From assembly GCA_963708075.1 (NCBI GenBank), contig OY970194.1, positions 2,784,001 through 2,848,000 of the forward strand: a stretch of DNA of 64,000 nt, given 5' to 3'. The position numbers and the translations under genes were made by a program. This DNA is from Sedimentisphaerales bacterium. Lineage in GTDB: Bacteria; Planctomycetota; Phycisphaerae; Sedimentisphaerales; Anaerobacaceae. Numbering within the stretch: the first letter of the stretch is position 1; each line of letters begins with the position of its first letter. Below the pieces are notes generated by a model. The model saw only the letters and a list, made by a program, of their open reading frames with translations, was not told where the DNA came from and did not search any database. This document shows positions 1 to 8,811 of the stretch, piece by piece.

Positions 1-160
1 ATGCCTCGGCCTTCGCGCCTTCATCAGACATCTTGGCCTCACCACACCGATCCGACCCACGGCGGGCCGGGGCTGTCATTCTTCACACGTTCGTCAGGAG
101 TGCCTCTGGAGACTATCATGACAGACGCGGGCGAAGCCGGCAAGGGAAAAGAGACCTTGG

Positions 161-551
161 GATTTATGATTCACGATTTATGATTGAATCTCTCCTGATA
201 CGCATCTGCATTTCCCCGGCAGTTCTCCGCGTCTTGGCGTCTCTGCGCGAGAAGTCTTCAGTCGTTAGTCGAATGAGGACCTGGATTCCCGCCTTCGCGG
301 GAACGACATAGGAAGTGATCTCTGCGGCCCTGCGTCTCTGCGTGAGATTGTCTTTTCGCGTGGTTCGCGGTTGAAGAGGAATGAAACGCATGGGTTGAGA
401 ACCCACCCTACAGTCTACGAAATCAGCGTTCATCGGCGTTTATCTGCGGTTGCATCTTTCCTTGCGTCTCGGCGTCTCTGTGTGAGATGATCTGGATTCC
501 TGCTTCTGCAGGAATGACATGGGCGGAATCGGTGTGCGAGGCACACCCTAC
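161..551. repeat. Intergenic cluster of several REP-like repeat families
   Basis: GATTTAC/T heptamers (161-186); CTCTGCGT-type units (~225-253, 321-347, 458-487); GGATTCCCGCCTTCGCGGGAACGAC palindrome (283-307) and variant (494-518); ...CCCACCCTAC / CACACCCTAC (reverse GTAG-REPs, ~388-411 and 531-551). Confidence 0.8.
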
Positions 552-1291
552 GCGACGCCCATGATCTGCTTGAGGGTTTGGGCGTTGTTCAGGGCGTGGC
601 CGCTGATGTCGTTGTTGAAGTAGGCGTAGATGGCTTGGACGTTGGGGGCCTGGGCCTTGAGCCAGTTGGCCCAGTCATGGAGCATGTGGTCGGGGTAGTT
701 GCCCGCGTAGCGGCCGTTGGTGCCGTGGAAACGGACGTAGGCCATGCGGCCGGTGACGAGCCGGGGCGGGGCCTTGTCGCCCATATCGTGAACACATAGC
801 GCGACGCCCCGCCGGTGCATGAGGTCGAACGTCTCCTGGTCGTACCAGCTATTGTGACGGAACTCGAAGACGGCGTTGTCCCGCCTCGGCAGGGACTCGA
901 TGAATTCGTCCAGCCGTGCCAGATTCTTGTGCAGATTGGGCGGCAGTTGGTACAGGATGGGCCCGAGCCGGTCCTTGAGCAGGTTCGCCAGGGCGAAGAA
1001 TCGGCCGACCTCCTCGCCCGTGTTGTGCAGTTTTTTGATGTGCGTGATGTAGCGGCTGGCCTTGACCGCGAAGAGGAAGTTCAGCGGCACCTTGTCGTGC
1101 CAGTTCACCATCGTCTGCTCTCGCGGCATGTGGTAGAAAGTGTTGTTGATCTCCACCGTGTCGAAGTGCTGGGCATAGAATCCCAGCCAGTCTTCCTTAC
1201 GCATCTTCTCCGGATAGAACCGGCCGATCCAATGGTTGTAGTGCCAGCCGGAGGTCCCGATCCGAATCTCACTGGATTTACGATTTACCAT
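548..1291 (-). CDS. DUF72 domain protein
   Basis: IRIGTSGW..W.G.FYP, VEINNTFY, FAVKA, LYQLPP, FEFRH.SW, YVRFHG, YFNND motifs. Confidence 0.9.
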   Translation of the reverse strand: MVNRKSSEIRIGTSGWHYNHWIGRFYPEKMRKEDWLGFYAQHFDTVEINNTFYHMPREQTMVNWHDKVPLNFLFAVKASRYITHIKKLHNTGEEVGRFFALANLLKDRLGPILYQLPPNLHKNLARLDEFIESLPRRDNAVFEFRHNSWYDQETFDLMHRRGVALCVHDMGDKAPPRLVTGRMAYVRFHGTNGRYAGNYPDHMLHDWANWLKAQAPNVQAIYAYFNNDISGHALNNAQTLKQIMGVA

Positions 1292-1388
1292 TTACGATTT
1301 ATGATTTACGATTCGTTATACCGACGCGCCGGCCGCTCTGTTGTGCGCCGGCGCCAATCATAAATCGTAATTCTTAAATCGTAAATCG
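1275..1388. repeat. Inverted pair of GATTTAC/GTAAATC heptamer arrays between divergent genes
   Basis: GATTTACGATTTACCATTTACGATTTATGATTTACGATT (1275-1313) faces AATCATAAATCGTAATTCTTAAATCGTAAATCG (1356-1388). Confidence 0.8.
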
Positions 1389-1391
1389 CCA

Positions 1392-1625
1392 ATGGTTTTT
1401 GGGCCTCAGCAATTCGGCAAATGGCTCGTGGTGATCGGGGCCGCGATCGTCGTGATCGGCGTGCTTGTGATCCTGCTCGGAAAGATCGGGCTGTTCCGTC
1501 TGCCCGGCGATTTCACGTTTGGCGGCCGTAACTGGCGCATTTACTTCCCTTTGGCAAGCAGCATCATCCTTTCCCTTCTCCTGACATTGATCCTCTGGCT
1601 GATCCACTATTTCACCCGGCGCTGA
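1392..1625 (+). CDS. DUF2905 family small membrane protein
   Basis: Two hydrophobic helices with RLPGDF...IYFPLASSIILS.LLTL signature. Confidence 0.85.
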   Translation: MVFGPQQFGKWLVVIGAAIVVIGVLVILLGKIGLFRLPGDFTFGGRNWRIYFPLASSIILSLLLTLILWLIHYFTRR

Positions 1626-2124
1626 ACGGCCGTGACAAAAGGTGCATGGGCTGTCAGTGAAAACCACAGGGGGAAATAGGTATTCTCCTTATGGCAGCCG
1701 CCTGACAATCCGGCTTTGATGGTGCAGGCCAGAAGAATCGAAATCCGGAAAGCCGGGATGCCCATGATCACAAGCATGATGCTCTGGAACGAGCCGAACA
1801 ACACGTTGCGTATCTGCCCGCAACTGAAGGATCCCGGACCGATCGTGCAGATGAAGGACGTCAACGCGAGAGAGGAGATCGAGCGGTTTCTCAATTCATT
1901 GCGACCCGTGGCGAAAATGAAGATTGATGAGCAGTCGGCGTCCGGGCCGTTGGTCTCTCCCGCCGGACACCCGTCCCCAAAGGCAACGACAACCCAGGTG
2001 TCGGGCAGCAGATTCAATGAACGGGCCGCAGGGGCGACTGGTCCACGGATACTCTATTCAAGACGGCCAAGGCCGGGCAATTCGAGACGATCTGCGAATC
2101 CATGATGTTGCACGTGGGACAGAC

Positions 2125-3210
2125 ATGAACCCGGATGCACGAAATATTCTGCTATGCCTGCGCTATGGAATTGGCGACCTGATCACGGAGCTTCCAGCTA
2201 TTGCGCGGCTCCGCGAGGTCGTGCCGCGGGCGACCATCACCGCCCTTGGGGCCAAGCCCGCGACCGAAATCCTCGACGGTGACCGGCGGGTGGACAGGGT
2301 CGTCTCCATTCAGCAATGGGGCATCCAACACTTGGGCGATCCTGTTGACGAGCAAGTCCGACGGCAGTTCGACGACTGGCTCAGAGCCAATCAGTTCGAC
2401 CTGATCCTGGATCCGTCCCACGCGGCGAACATCGTGCGGCGGGCGGTTTATGAGAGTGGCGTCCCAGTCGGGGACTCAGACCGCGCCTGCCTGGAAGCCG
2501 GACTGGCCCAAGGCATGGATGGGCTGTCCGCGGTCAAGAACGCCATGCGGCTCGGATGGGGCATGGAGGTGCCTGCGTCATACTATCCGACCGTGGACCT
2601 TCGTCCCGATGAAATCGCCTGGGTCCACGGGTACATGGAACAGGGGGCCGCGATGGACAATCTTGTGGCGATGTCCCCGGGCGCGTCGGGTGATCTGAAG
2701 CGATGGCCCGTGTCGCATTTCGGTCGGCTTTGCCGCCATCTTACCAGCGAGTTGCAGGCCCGGGTGTTGCTCTTCACAGGCCCGCAGGAAATAGAACTAT
2801 TGAGCAGGCTGCAGGCCGAGACACATGATCTCGGTATCGACGTCGTGGTGAATCTACCCCTGCGGCGAGTTGCCGCCCTGCTGTCTTTGTGCCGCCTGTA
2901 CGTGGGCAACGACTCCGGCCTGATGCATCTTGCGGCCGCCGTTCGGACTCCCGTAGTCGTCTTCTTTGGCCCGACGGTTCCGCACCTGTACCTGCCTCGC
3001 TGGGTCCGGTCGCGCGCGGTCGTCAGCCCTATTGAGTGTCCATACCGTCTCAGCCGCAGCTTCGGACACCCGCGCTGTATACTAGCCCACACGTGTCTGC
3101 TCGGCACGCCATGCATCGATGCGATCGACCCGCAGGAAGCCCTGACGGCGGTGCAGCAGGAGTACCTGGCAACCTGGAAGGGTCAGCATTGCGAGCTCAG
3201 TATCCGGTAG
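2125..3210 (+). CDS. Glycosyltransferase family 9 (heptosyltransferase-like)
   Basis: GIGDLI, PGAS..LKRWP, VGNDSGLMHLAAAV.TP.V..FGPT; start moved to ATG 2125. Confidence 0.9.
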   Translation: MNPDARNILLCLRYGIGDLITELPAIARLREVVPRATITALGAKPATEILDGDRRVDRVVSIQQWGIQHLGDPVDEQVRRQFDDWLRANQFDLILDPSHAANIVRRAVYESGVPVGDSDRACLEAGLAQGMDGLSAVKNAMRLGWGMEVPASYYPTVDLRPDEIAWVHGYMEQGAAMDNLVAMSPGASGDLKRWPVSHFGRLCRHLTSELQARVLLFTGPQEIELLSRLQAETHDLGIDVVVNLPLRRVAALLSLCRLYVGNDSGLMHLAAAVRTPVVVFFGPTVPHLYLPRWVRSRAVVSPIECPYRLSRSFGHPRCILAHTCLLGTPCIDAIDPQEALTAVQQEYLATWKGQHCELSIR

Positions 3211-3246
3211 CCGCGGATGGCCATTTCCGTCCTCACTTTGCGCGAG

Positions 3247-3252
3247 TATAAT
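3247..3252 (+). promoter_or_regulatory. -10 box TATAAT just upstream of polX (possible leaderless start)
   Basis: Perfect TATAAT, ATG 7 nt downstream, no Shine-Dalgarno. Confidence 0.45.
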
Positions 3253-3259
3253 GGGGCTC

Positions 3260-5012
3260 ATGGCAAATGCAGCGCTCAGTGCGATCTTCAGCCAGATGGC
3301 CGACGTGATGGAGATTCTCGGCGAGGACCGGTTCCGCATCAACAGTTACCGCACGGTCGCGCGGGTCATCGAGGAGAGCGGGACAGATGTCGCGGTCCTG
3401 CTCGAAACCGGCGAGCTGGCGAACACCCCCGGCATCGGAAAATCGTCGCTGGCCAAGATCGAGGAGTTCGTCAAGACCGGCCAGATCCAGGCCCACCAGG
3501 AACTGCTGGCGAGAATCCCGCAGGCCCTGCTCGACCTGCTGACTATTCCGGGCGTCGGGCCCAAGACCGTCAAGACCCTCTACGAGCATCTGCACATCAG
3601 CGGCATCCCGGAATTGAAGAAGGCGATCGAGGACGGGACCATCGAAACGCTGCCGGGGTTCGGCGCCAAGAAAGCGGCCGCGATCCTGCGAGGCATCGAG
3701 TTTTTGCAGAAGGCCACCGGCCGAATCCGGCTCGATCAGGCGATGATCGCCGCACAGATTGCCACGGATTATCTTCGACCGCTGCCCGGCATCGACAAGA
3801 TTGAGAACCGCCGGGTCCCTGCGGCGCTGGGCGGAGACCATTGGGGACGTCGATCTGCTTGTCACCACTGAGAAGGCGGGCTCCAAAGCGAAGCAAACGC
3901 CGGAGCAGATTATCGAGTCGTTCACCGGCGCCCCGTTCGTCGAGCGGGTCCTGGCAGCCGGCGGGACCAAGGGCTCCGTCATCATTCACACGGAGACGAC
4001 GGCCGTGCAGGTCGATGTCCGCGTGGTGCCGCAGGAAAGCTTCGGCGCCGCTCTTCAGTATTTCACCGGCTCCAAGCCGCACAATGTCCGGCTTCGCGAG
4101 ATCGCCATCAAGGCCGGGCTCAAGCTCAATGAGTACGGCCTGTTCAAAGACGATAAGATGGTCGCCGGGGCGGTCGAGCAGGAAATTTATAAGAAGCTCG
4201 GCCTCGACTTCATCGACCCGCTGCTGCGCGAGGACCGCGGCGAGGTCGATGCCGCAAAACGTCACGCACTGCCCAAGCTCATCCGCGTGGAAGACATCCG
4301 GGGCGACTTCCACGCGCACACCGTCGCCTCCGACGGCAGCAATACGATCGAGGAAATGGCCCGGGCGGCAAAAGAGCGAGGCTACGAATTCCTCTGCATC
4401 ACCGATCACTCGAAGTCCTCCGCCATCGCCAACGGGCAGTCCCCGCAGCGGCTCGCGCAGCAGATCAAAGAAATTCACAAAATAAACGCCAGGCTCAAGG
4501 GCATCACGCTCCTGGCCGGTGCCGAGGTGGACATTCTGGCCGAGGGCAATCTCGACTTCGAGGATGAGTTGCTGGCCGACCTGGATTTCGTCGTCGCTTC
4601 GATCCATTCGGCCCTCGGCAGCGCCCGCGAGCGGGTCACGATGCGCACGCTCAAGGCGATGGACAATCCCTGCGTGACGTGCATCGGCCATCCGACCGGC
4701 CGGCTCATCGGCCAGCGCGAGGCCATGGATCTCGACATGCCCGCGGTGATCGAACACGCCGCTCAGACAAGCACGGCTCTCGAAGTCAACTCAGACCCTT
4801 CCCGTCTCGACCTCAAGGACGTCCACTGCAAGATGGCCATTGAAGCGGGCGTCAAACTGGCCATCGATACGGACGCCCACAGCACAGGCAGCCTGGGCCT
4901 GATGCCCTTCGGCGTCGCCACCGCCGCACGAGGCTGGGCCACCAGGAACGACGTGCTCAACACCTTCCCCCTCTCCAGACTCAGGACCCTTCTCAAGGCC
5001 AAACGCCGGTAG
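3260..5012 (+). CDS. polX: DNA polymerase X / PHP 3'-5' exonuclease, split by a +1 frameshift at ~3806
   Basis: N-half HhH motifs (PGIGK, PGVGPK, PGFGAK); C-half AGSLRR..ETIGDVD, VDVR, YFTGSK.HN, PHP motifs GDFHAHT, TDHS, GHPTGR, DTDAH; removing one A at 3806-3807 joins the two ORFs. Confidence 0.9.
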
Positions 5013-5130
5013 CACCATGTTTCCGCGGGCGCGGAATCTGCCATCCTGCAAGTGGCTTTGCTCGCGGAGAAGCAGTACCATAGAAGATCGGACACATAGA
5101 GAGTTTATCATCAATCACTGGAGGTTAACG

Positions 5131-6117
5131 ATGAAGATCTGGAATCACTGCCAGCATGCCGCCATCTTCTGGCTGTTGCTGTGCGCGATTGTGCAAGGCA
5201 AAGAGACAACGGGTATGGTTCCCGTCACGGAGATGGGAGACGGCCAGTACAAGGGGCAGACAGGCGGGCTGTATGGCCATGGGCAGAACACGCCTTCCGA
5301 GTCACACCTCAAGGCCGCACAGGAGCAGACAAGCCTCATTCAGCCGCTCGATGCGAACGGAGTCCCGTCCGAGACCGGCAAGATCGTGCTGATATCGCTC
5401 GGCATGTCCAACACGACGCAGGAGTTCTCGACCTTCAAGAAGCTGGCCGACGCCGATCCGAACAAATCGCCGCACCTGGTGATCGTGGATTGCGCACAGG
5501 GCGGACAGGCCGCTCGTCAATGGGCCTATCCCGGCGGCAATCCAGACCGGCCTTCTCCCTGGCTCGTGATGGATCAGCGGCTGGAAAAGGCCCGCGTCGA
5601 ACCCAATCAGGTACAGGTGGTGTGGATGAAACAGGCCGAGATCTCGCCGGCTCAATACGGGGCCTTTCCCGCCCACGCGCAGGTCCTGCGGGACAACATG
5701 CGACTGATCCTGAACATGCTCAAAATGCGATTCCCCAGCCTGCGTGTCGCCTACCTCTCCAGCCGAATCTACGCCGGCTACGCGGGATCGGGACTGAATC
5801 CGGAACCCTATGCGTATGAGTCGGTATTTTCCGTGCGATGGCTGATCGAGGCCCAGATGAACAACGATCCCAACCTGAACTGGGACGCGACCAGAGGCCC
5901 CGTGCAGACGCCGCTGTTATTATGGGGCCCCTACCTGTGGGCCGACGGCACCACGCCCCGCCAGGGCGACGGCTTAGTGTGGACACGCGACGACTTAGCC
6001 AACGACGGAACGCATCCGAGCCCCTCCGGCCGGGAAAAGGTCGCCCGGATGCTCCTGGACTTTCTCAAGACCGATGCCGACGCGCGACAATGGTTCCTGA
6101 AACCGGCCAACCGCTGA
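5131..6117 (+). CDS. Secreted hypothetical protein, SGNH-hydrolase-like
   Basis: GGAGG RBS, signal peptide, GMSN block and C-terminal DGTHPS (DxxH) motif. Confidence 0.7.
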   Translation: MKIWNHCQHAAIFWLLLCAIVQGKETTGMVPVTEMGDGQYKGQTGGLYGHGQNTPSESHLKAAQEQTSLIQPLDANGVPSETGKIVLISLGMSNTTQEFSTFKKLADADPNKSPHLVIVDCAQGGQAARQWAYPGGNPDRPSPWLVMDQRLEKARVEPNQVQVVWMKQAEISPAQYGAFPAHAQVLRDNMRLILNMLKMRFPSLRVAYLSSRIYAGYAGSGLNPEPYAYESVFSVRWLIEAQMNNDPNLNWDATRGPVQTPLLLWGPYLWADGTTPRQGDGLVWTRDDLANDGTHPSPSGREKVARMLLDFLKTDADARQWFLKPANR

Positions 6118-6275
6118 CGGTGTCGAATTTGCATCACGCAAGCGATCGTATCGCGAAAACATTTTGCGCAACCTCTTGACGGCGGGCGGCGTAGAGCTTC
6201 TTATAGGGGGCTGCACCTCTCGGTAGAGTATTACGGCTGATGAAATCTGTTCTTTGAGGCCTGTGAAACCAACCA

Positions 6276-7190
6276 ATGCTGAAGCAACTGTATATTACAG
6301 ATGGAAAGATTACGGAGATCGGCGAGGGCGAAGCTCCGGTCTGGGTGTATACAGCGCCGGACGAGGCCGAGCGACGATTCCTCATCGAGCAACTGAAGAT
6401 CGACGAGCACACGCTCAGTTCGGCCCTCGACCCCGATGAGCTGAGCCGGCTCGAGTTCGAGCCCGAGCACGTCGCCATGATCTTCAAGAGACCCAAGCAC
6501 TATACCGCCCAGGACAACTTCCTCTTCAAGGTCGTCTCCACCGGCGTCTTTCTCTTCAAGGAGCGTCTGATCATCGTCCGGGCGGACGAAGCTCTGCTCT
6601 TCGAGGGCCGGCCGTTTCTCAAGATGCAGTCCGTCCAGGATGTGTTCCTCAAGCTCATCTACCGGGCGATCTCCCATTTTGTCGAGCACCTGAAAGCGAT
6701 CAACATGATCTCCACGGAGCTCGAGCAGCAGATCAATACCTCCATGGAGAACAAGTACCTGCTCAACCTCTTCACCCTGGAAAAGAGCCTCGTGTACTAC
6801 CTCAGCGCCATCAACTCGAACGGCGTGCTCATCGACAAGGTGAGAAACAACGCCGTCAAGTTGGGACTGACGCAGGAGAGCGTCGAGTTTCTCGACGATA
6901 TTCTGATTGAGAACAACCAGTGCCGGGGCCAGATCGAGATCTACTCCCAGGTGCTTTCCAGCCTCATGGACGCCCGCGCCTCGATCATCAGCAACAACCT
7001 GAACGTGCGCATCAAAGCGCTGACGATCCTGACCATTGCCATCATGCTGCCCACGTTTATTGTCAGCGTCTTCTCCATGAACGTTCATATCCCCATAGAG
7101 GATTACGAGCACGCATTCTGGGTCATCGCCGCCCTAGCTGCCGCTTCCTCCGCCATCGTCGCAATCCTCTGGCGCAGTCTCCGATGGTAG
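6276..7190 (+). CDS. corA: CorA family divalent cation transporter
   Basis: LDPDE.SRLE, long stalk helix, SIISNNLN..IK.LT, two C-terminal TM helices with SMN in place of GMN. Confidence 0.9.
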   Translation: MLKQLYITDGKITEIGEGEAPVWVYTAPDEAERRFLIEQLKIDEHTLSSALDPDELSRLEFEPEHVAMIFKRPKHYTAQDNFLFKVVSTGVFLFKERLIIVRADEALLFEGRPFLKMQSVQDVFLKLIYRAISHFVEHLKAINMISTELEQQINTSMENKYLLNLFTLEKSLVYYLSAINSNGVLIDKVRNNAVKLGLTQESVEFLDDILIENNQCRGQIEIYSQVLSSLMDARASIISNNLNVRIKALTILTIAIMLPTFIVSVFSMNVHIPIEDYEHAFWVIAALAAASSAIVAILWRSLRW

Positions 7191-7206
7191 ATGGAGCACA
7201 TCTGCC

Positions 7207-7743
7207 ATGCTCCGAGAACCGACAAGAATCGTGTTGACCGGCCCGCCGGGTTGCGGCAAGACGACGGCGGTGATGAAGATTGTCGGCGCACTTCCCAAGG
7301 CAAAGGTCGCAGGTTTCTATACGGAGGAGATTCGTGAGGCGGGTCAGCGCAAGGGCTTCAGGTGGCGCCGGCTGGATGGCCAGTCCGGCACGCTGGCGCA
7401 TGTGAACATCAAGAGCCGCTACCACGTGAGCAAGTACGGCGTGGACATCGAGAGCTTCGACAAAGAAGCCGTCCCTGCAATCGATCCGGAGATCGCCAGC
7501 GCCGACCTGTTCGCCGTCGATGAGATCGGCAAGATGGAGTGCTTCTCGGAGGAGTTCGTGCAAACCGTACGCCGGCTGTTCGCCTCGAACGCATGCGTCC
7601 TTGCCACGGTCGCTCTCAAGGGCGGCGGCTTGATCCAGGAGGTGAAGGACTATCCTACGGTCAAGCTGATGCACCTGACCGTCGCAAACCGCGACGAGAT
7701 CACCCGGCAGGTCGTCGAAATACTTGCAGCGGCAATGAAATGA
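7207..7743 (+). CDS. Nucleoside-triphosphatase, THEP1/NTPase_1 family
   Basis: GPPGCGKTT, GFYTEEIRE.G.RKGF, SKYGVD, DEIGKME. Confidence 0.9.
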   Translation: MLREPTRIVLTGPPGCGKTTAVMKIVGALPKAKVAGFYTEEIREAGQRKGFRWRRLDGQSGTLAHVNIKSRYHVSKYGVDIESFDKEAVPAIDPEIASADLFAVDEIGKMECFSEEFVQTVRRLFASNACVLATVALKGGGLIQEVKDYPTVKLMHLTVANRDEITRQVVEILAAAMK

Positions 7744-7910
7744 GCATGCCGGATTCACGGTCCTTCCCGTCCACAGCCTCATGCCTGCTCTGCCACGATC
7801 TTGTCGCACAGCCGCCAAATCCCAGCTTTCCCCTTGCGAATTCCTCAATTCCATGTTGAAATGGAGAGAACGAGAGATGACAGTAAGAACCGTGTGATGG
7901 GCGTCCATGG

Positions 7911-8807
7911 ATGTCTGAGAACTGGGCCGAAGCGATAGCAGAGCGGATTGCGGGGACAAGTCCTCCTCCAAAGGGCAGATTCCTGCTGCTTGGCGCCGCG
8001 GATACGGGCAAAACGACCCTGTTGATCGCATTGGCGAACCGATTGGCACAGAGCCGGCCTGTAGCTCTCGTCGATGCCGATGTCGGCCAGTCGCACATCG
8101 GCCCGCCCACCACCGTCGGCTGGACCGTTGTCGATAGAAGATGTAGCCCAGCCGCCCTCGGCTGGGAGACGATCACCCCCGGGGGCGGGGGTGCTACAGG
8201 CGGCATCGCTTTCGTCGGGGATATCACGCCGGTCGGGCACCTGCTGCAATTGACCGCTGCGATGATGTTGTGCGTCGAGCAGGCGGCCCAGGCCGCCGAT
8301 GTCGTGCTCATCGACACTCCCGGTCTTGTAACCGGCGGGGCTGCATGCACGCTCTGGTGGACGGTGCAGCGGCTGCTGCGGCCGCAATGGATTCTCGCAG
8401 TCCAGCGGGAAAACGAGCTCGGCGAGGTCCTGAAGGGTTTGCAGCCAGGCGTATCCGCCATCGAGCTGATCGCAGCACCCCCGCAGCTTCGTCGAAAGTC
8501 ACCGGAGGCCCGGCAGGAACATCGCCGCAGGCTCTTCGAGGACTACTTCCAGAACGCCGCCGCTCACACGCTCGACTTCGAGGCCCTGGCGGTGCGCACG
8601 ACGCGTGGGATGACACCCGAGAACACGATCGGCCGGCTCGTCGGTCTGGCGGATATCACGGGGCAGGACATCGCGATCGGCGTCATCGAGCACTGGCGGC
8701 GGGAGAAGGCGAAAGGTACGATACGGGCCCCGAGGCTGGATGTGCAGCGAGTGCGCTGCCTGACCATTGGCGACGTGAGAATCGCTGCCCCGTTTGGATG
8801 GAGTTGA
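7911..8807 (+). CDS. Clp1/Grc3-type polynucleotide 5'-OH kinase
   Basis: Walker A GAADTGKTT, DADVGQSHIGPPTTVG, IDTPG, lid-like RKSPEARQEHR. Confidence 0.85.
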   Translation: MSENWAEAIAERIAGTSPPPKGRFLLLGAADTGKTTLLIALANRLAQSRPVALVDADVGQSHIGPPTTVGWTVVDRRCSPAALGWETITPGGGGATGGIAFVGDITPVGHLLQLTAAMMLCVEQAAQAADVVLIDTPGLVTGGAACTLWWTVQRLLRPQWILAVQRENELGEVLKGLQPGVSAIELIAAPPQLRRKSPEARQEHRRRLFEDYFQNAAAHTLDFEALAVRTTRGMTPENTIGRLVGLADITGQDIAIGVIEHWRREKAKGTIRAPRLDVQRVRCLTIGDVRIAAPFGWS

Positions 8808-8811
8808 CCTG

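Noticed and set aside
1..31. Start of a minus-strand gene (MSDEGAKAEA...) running off the left edge
   Set aside because: Only 10 codons visible; cannot be supported
161..551. CRISPR array
   Set aside because: Repeats belong to different families, are irregularly spaced and lack a constant-repeat/unique-spacer pattern; no cas genes
6170..6275. Metal or fluoride riboswitch in the corA leader
   Set aside because: GCTGATG is present but there is no matching 5' GGNGATG stem, and no M-box, NiCo or yybP consensus was recognised
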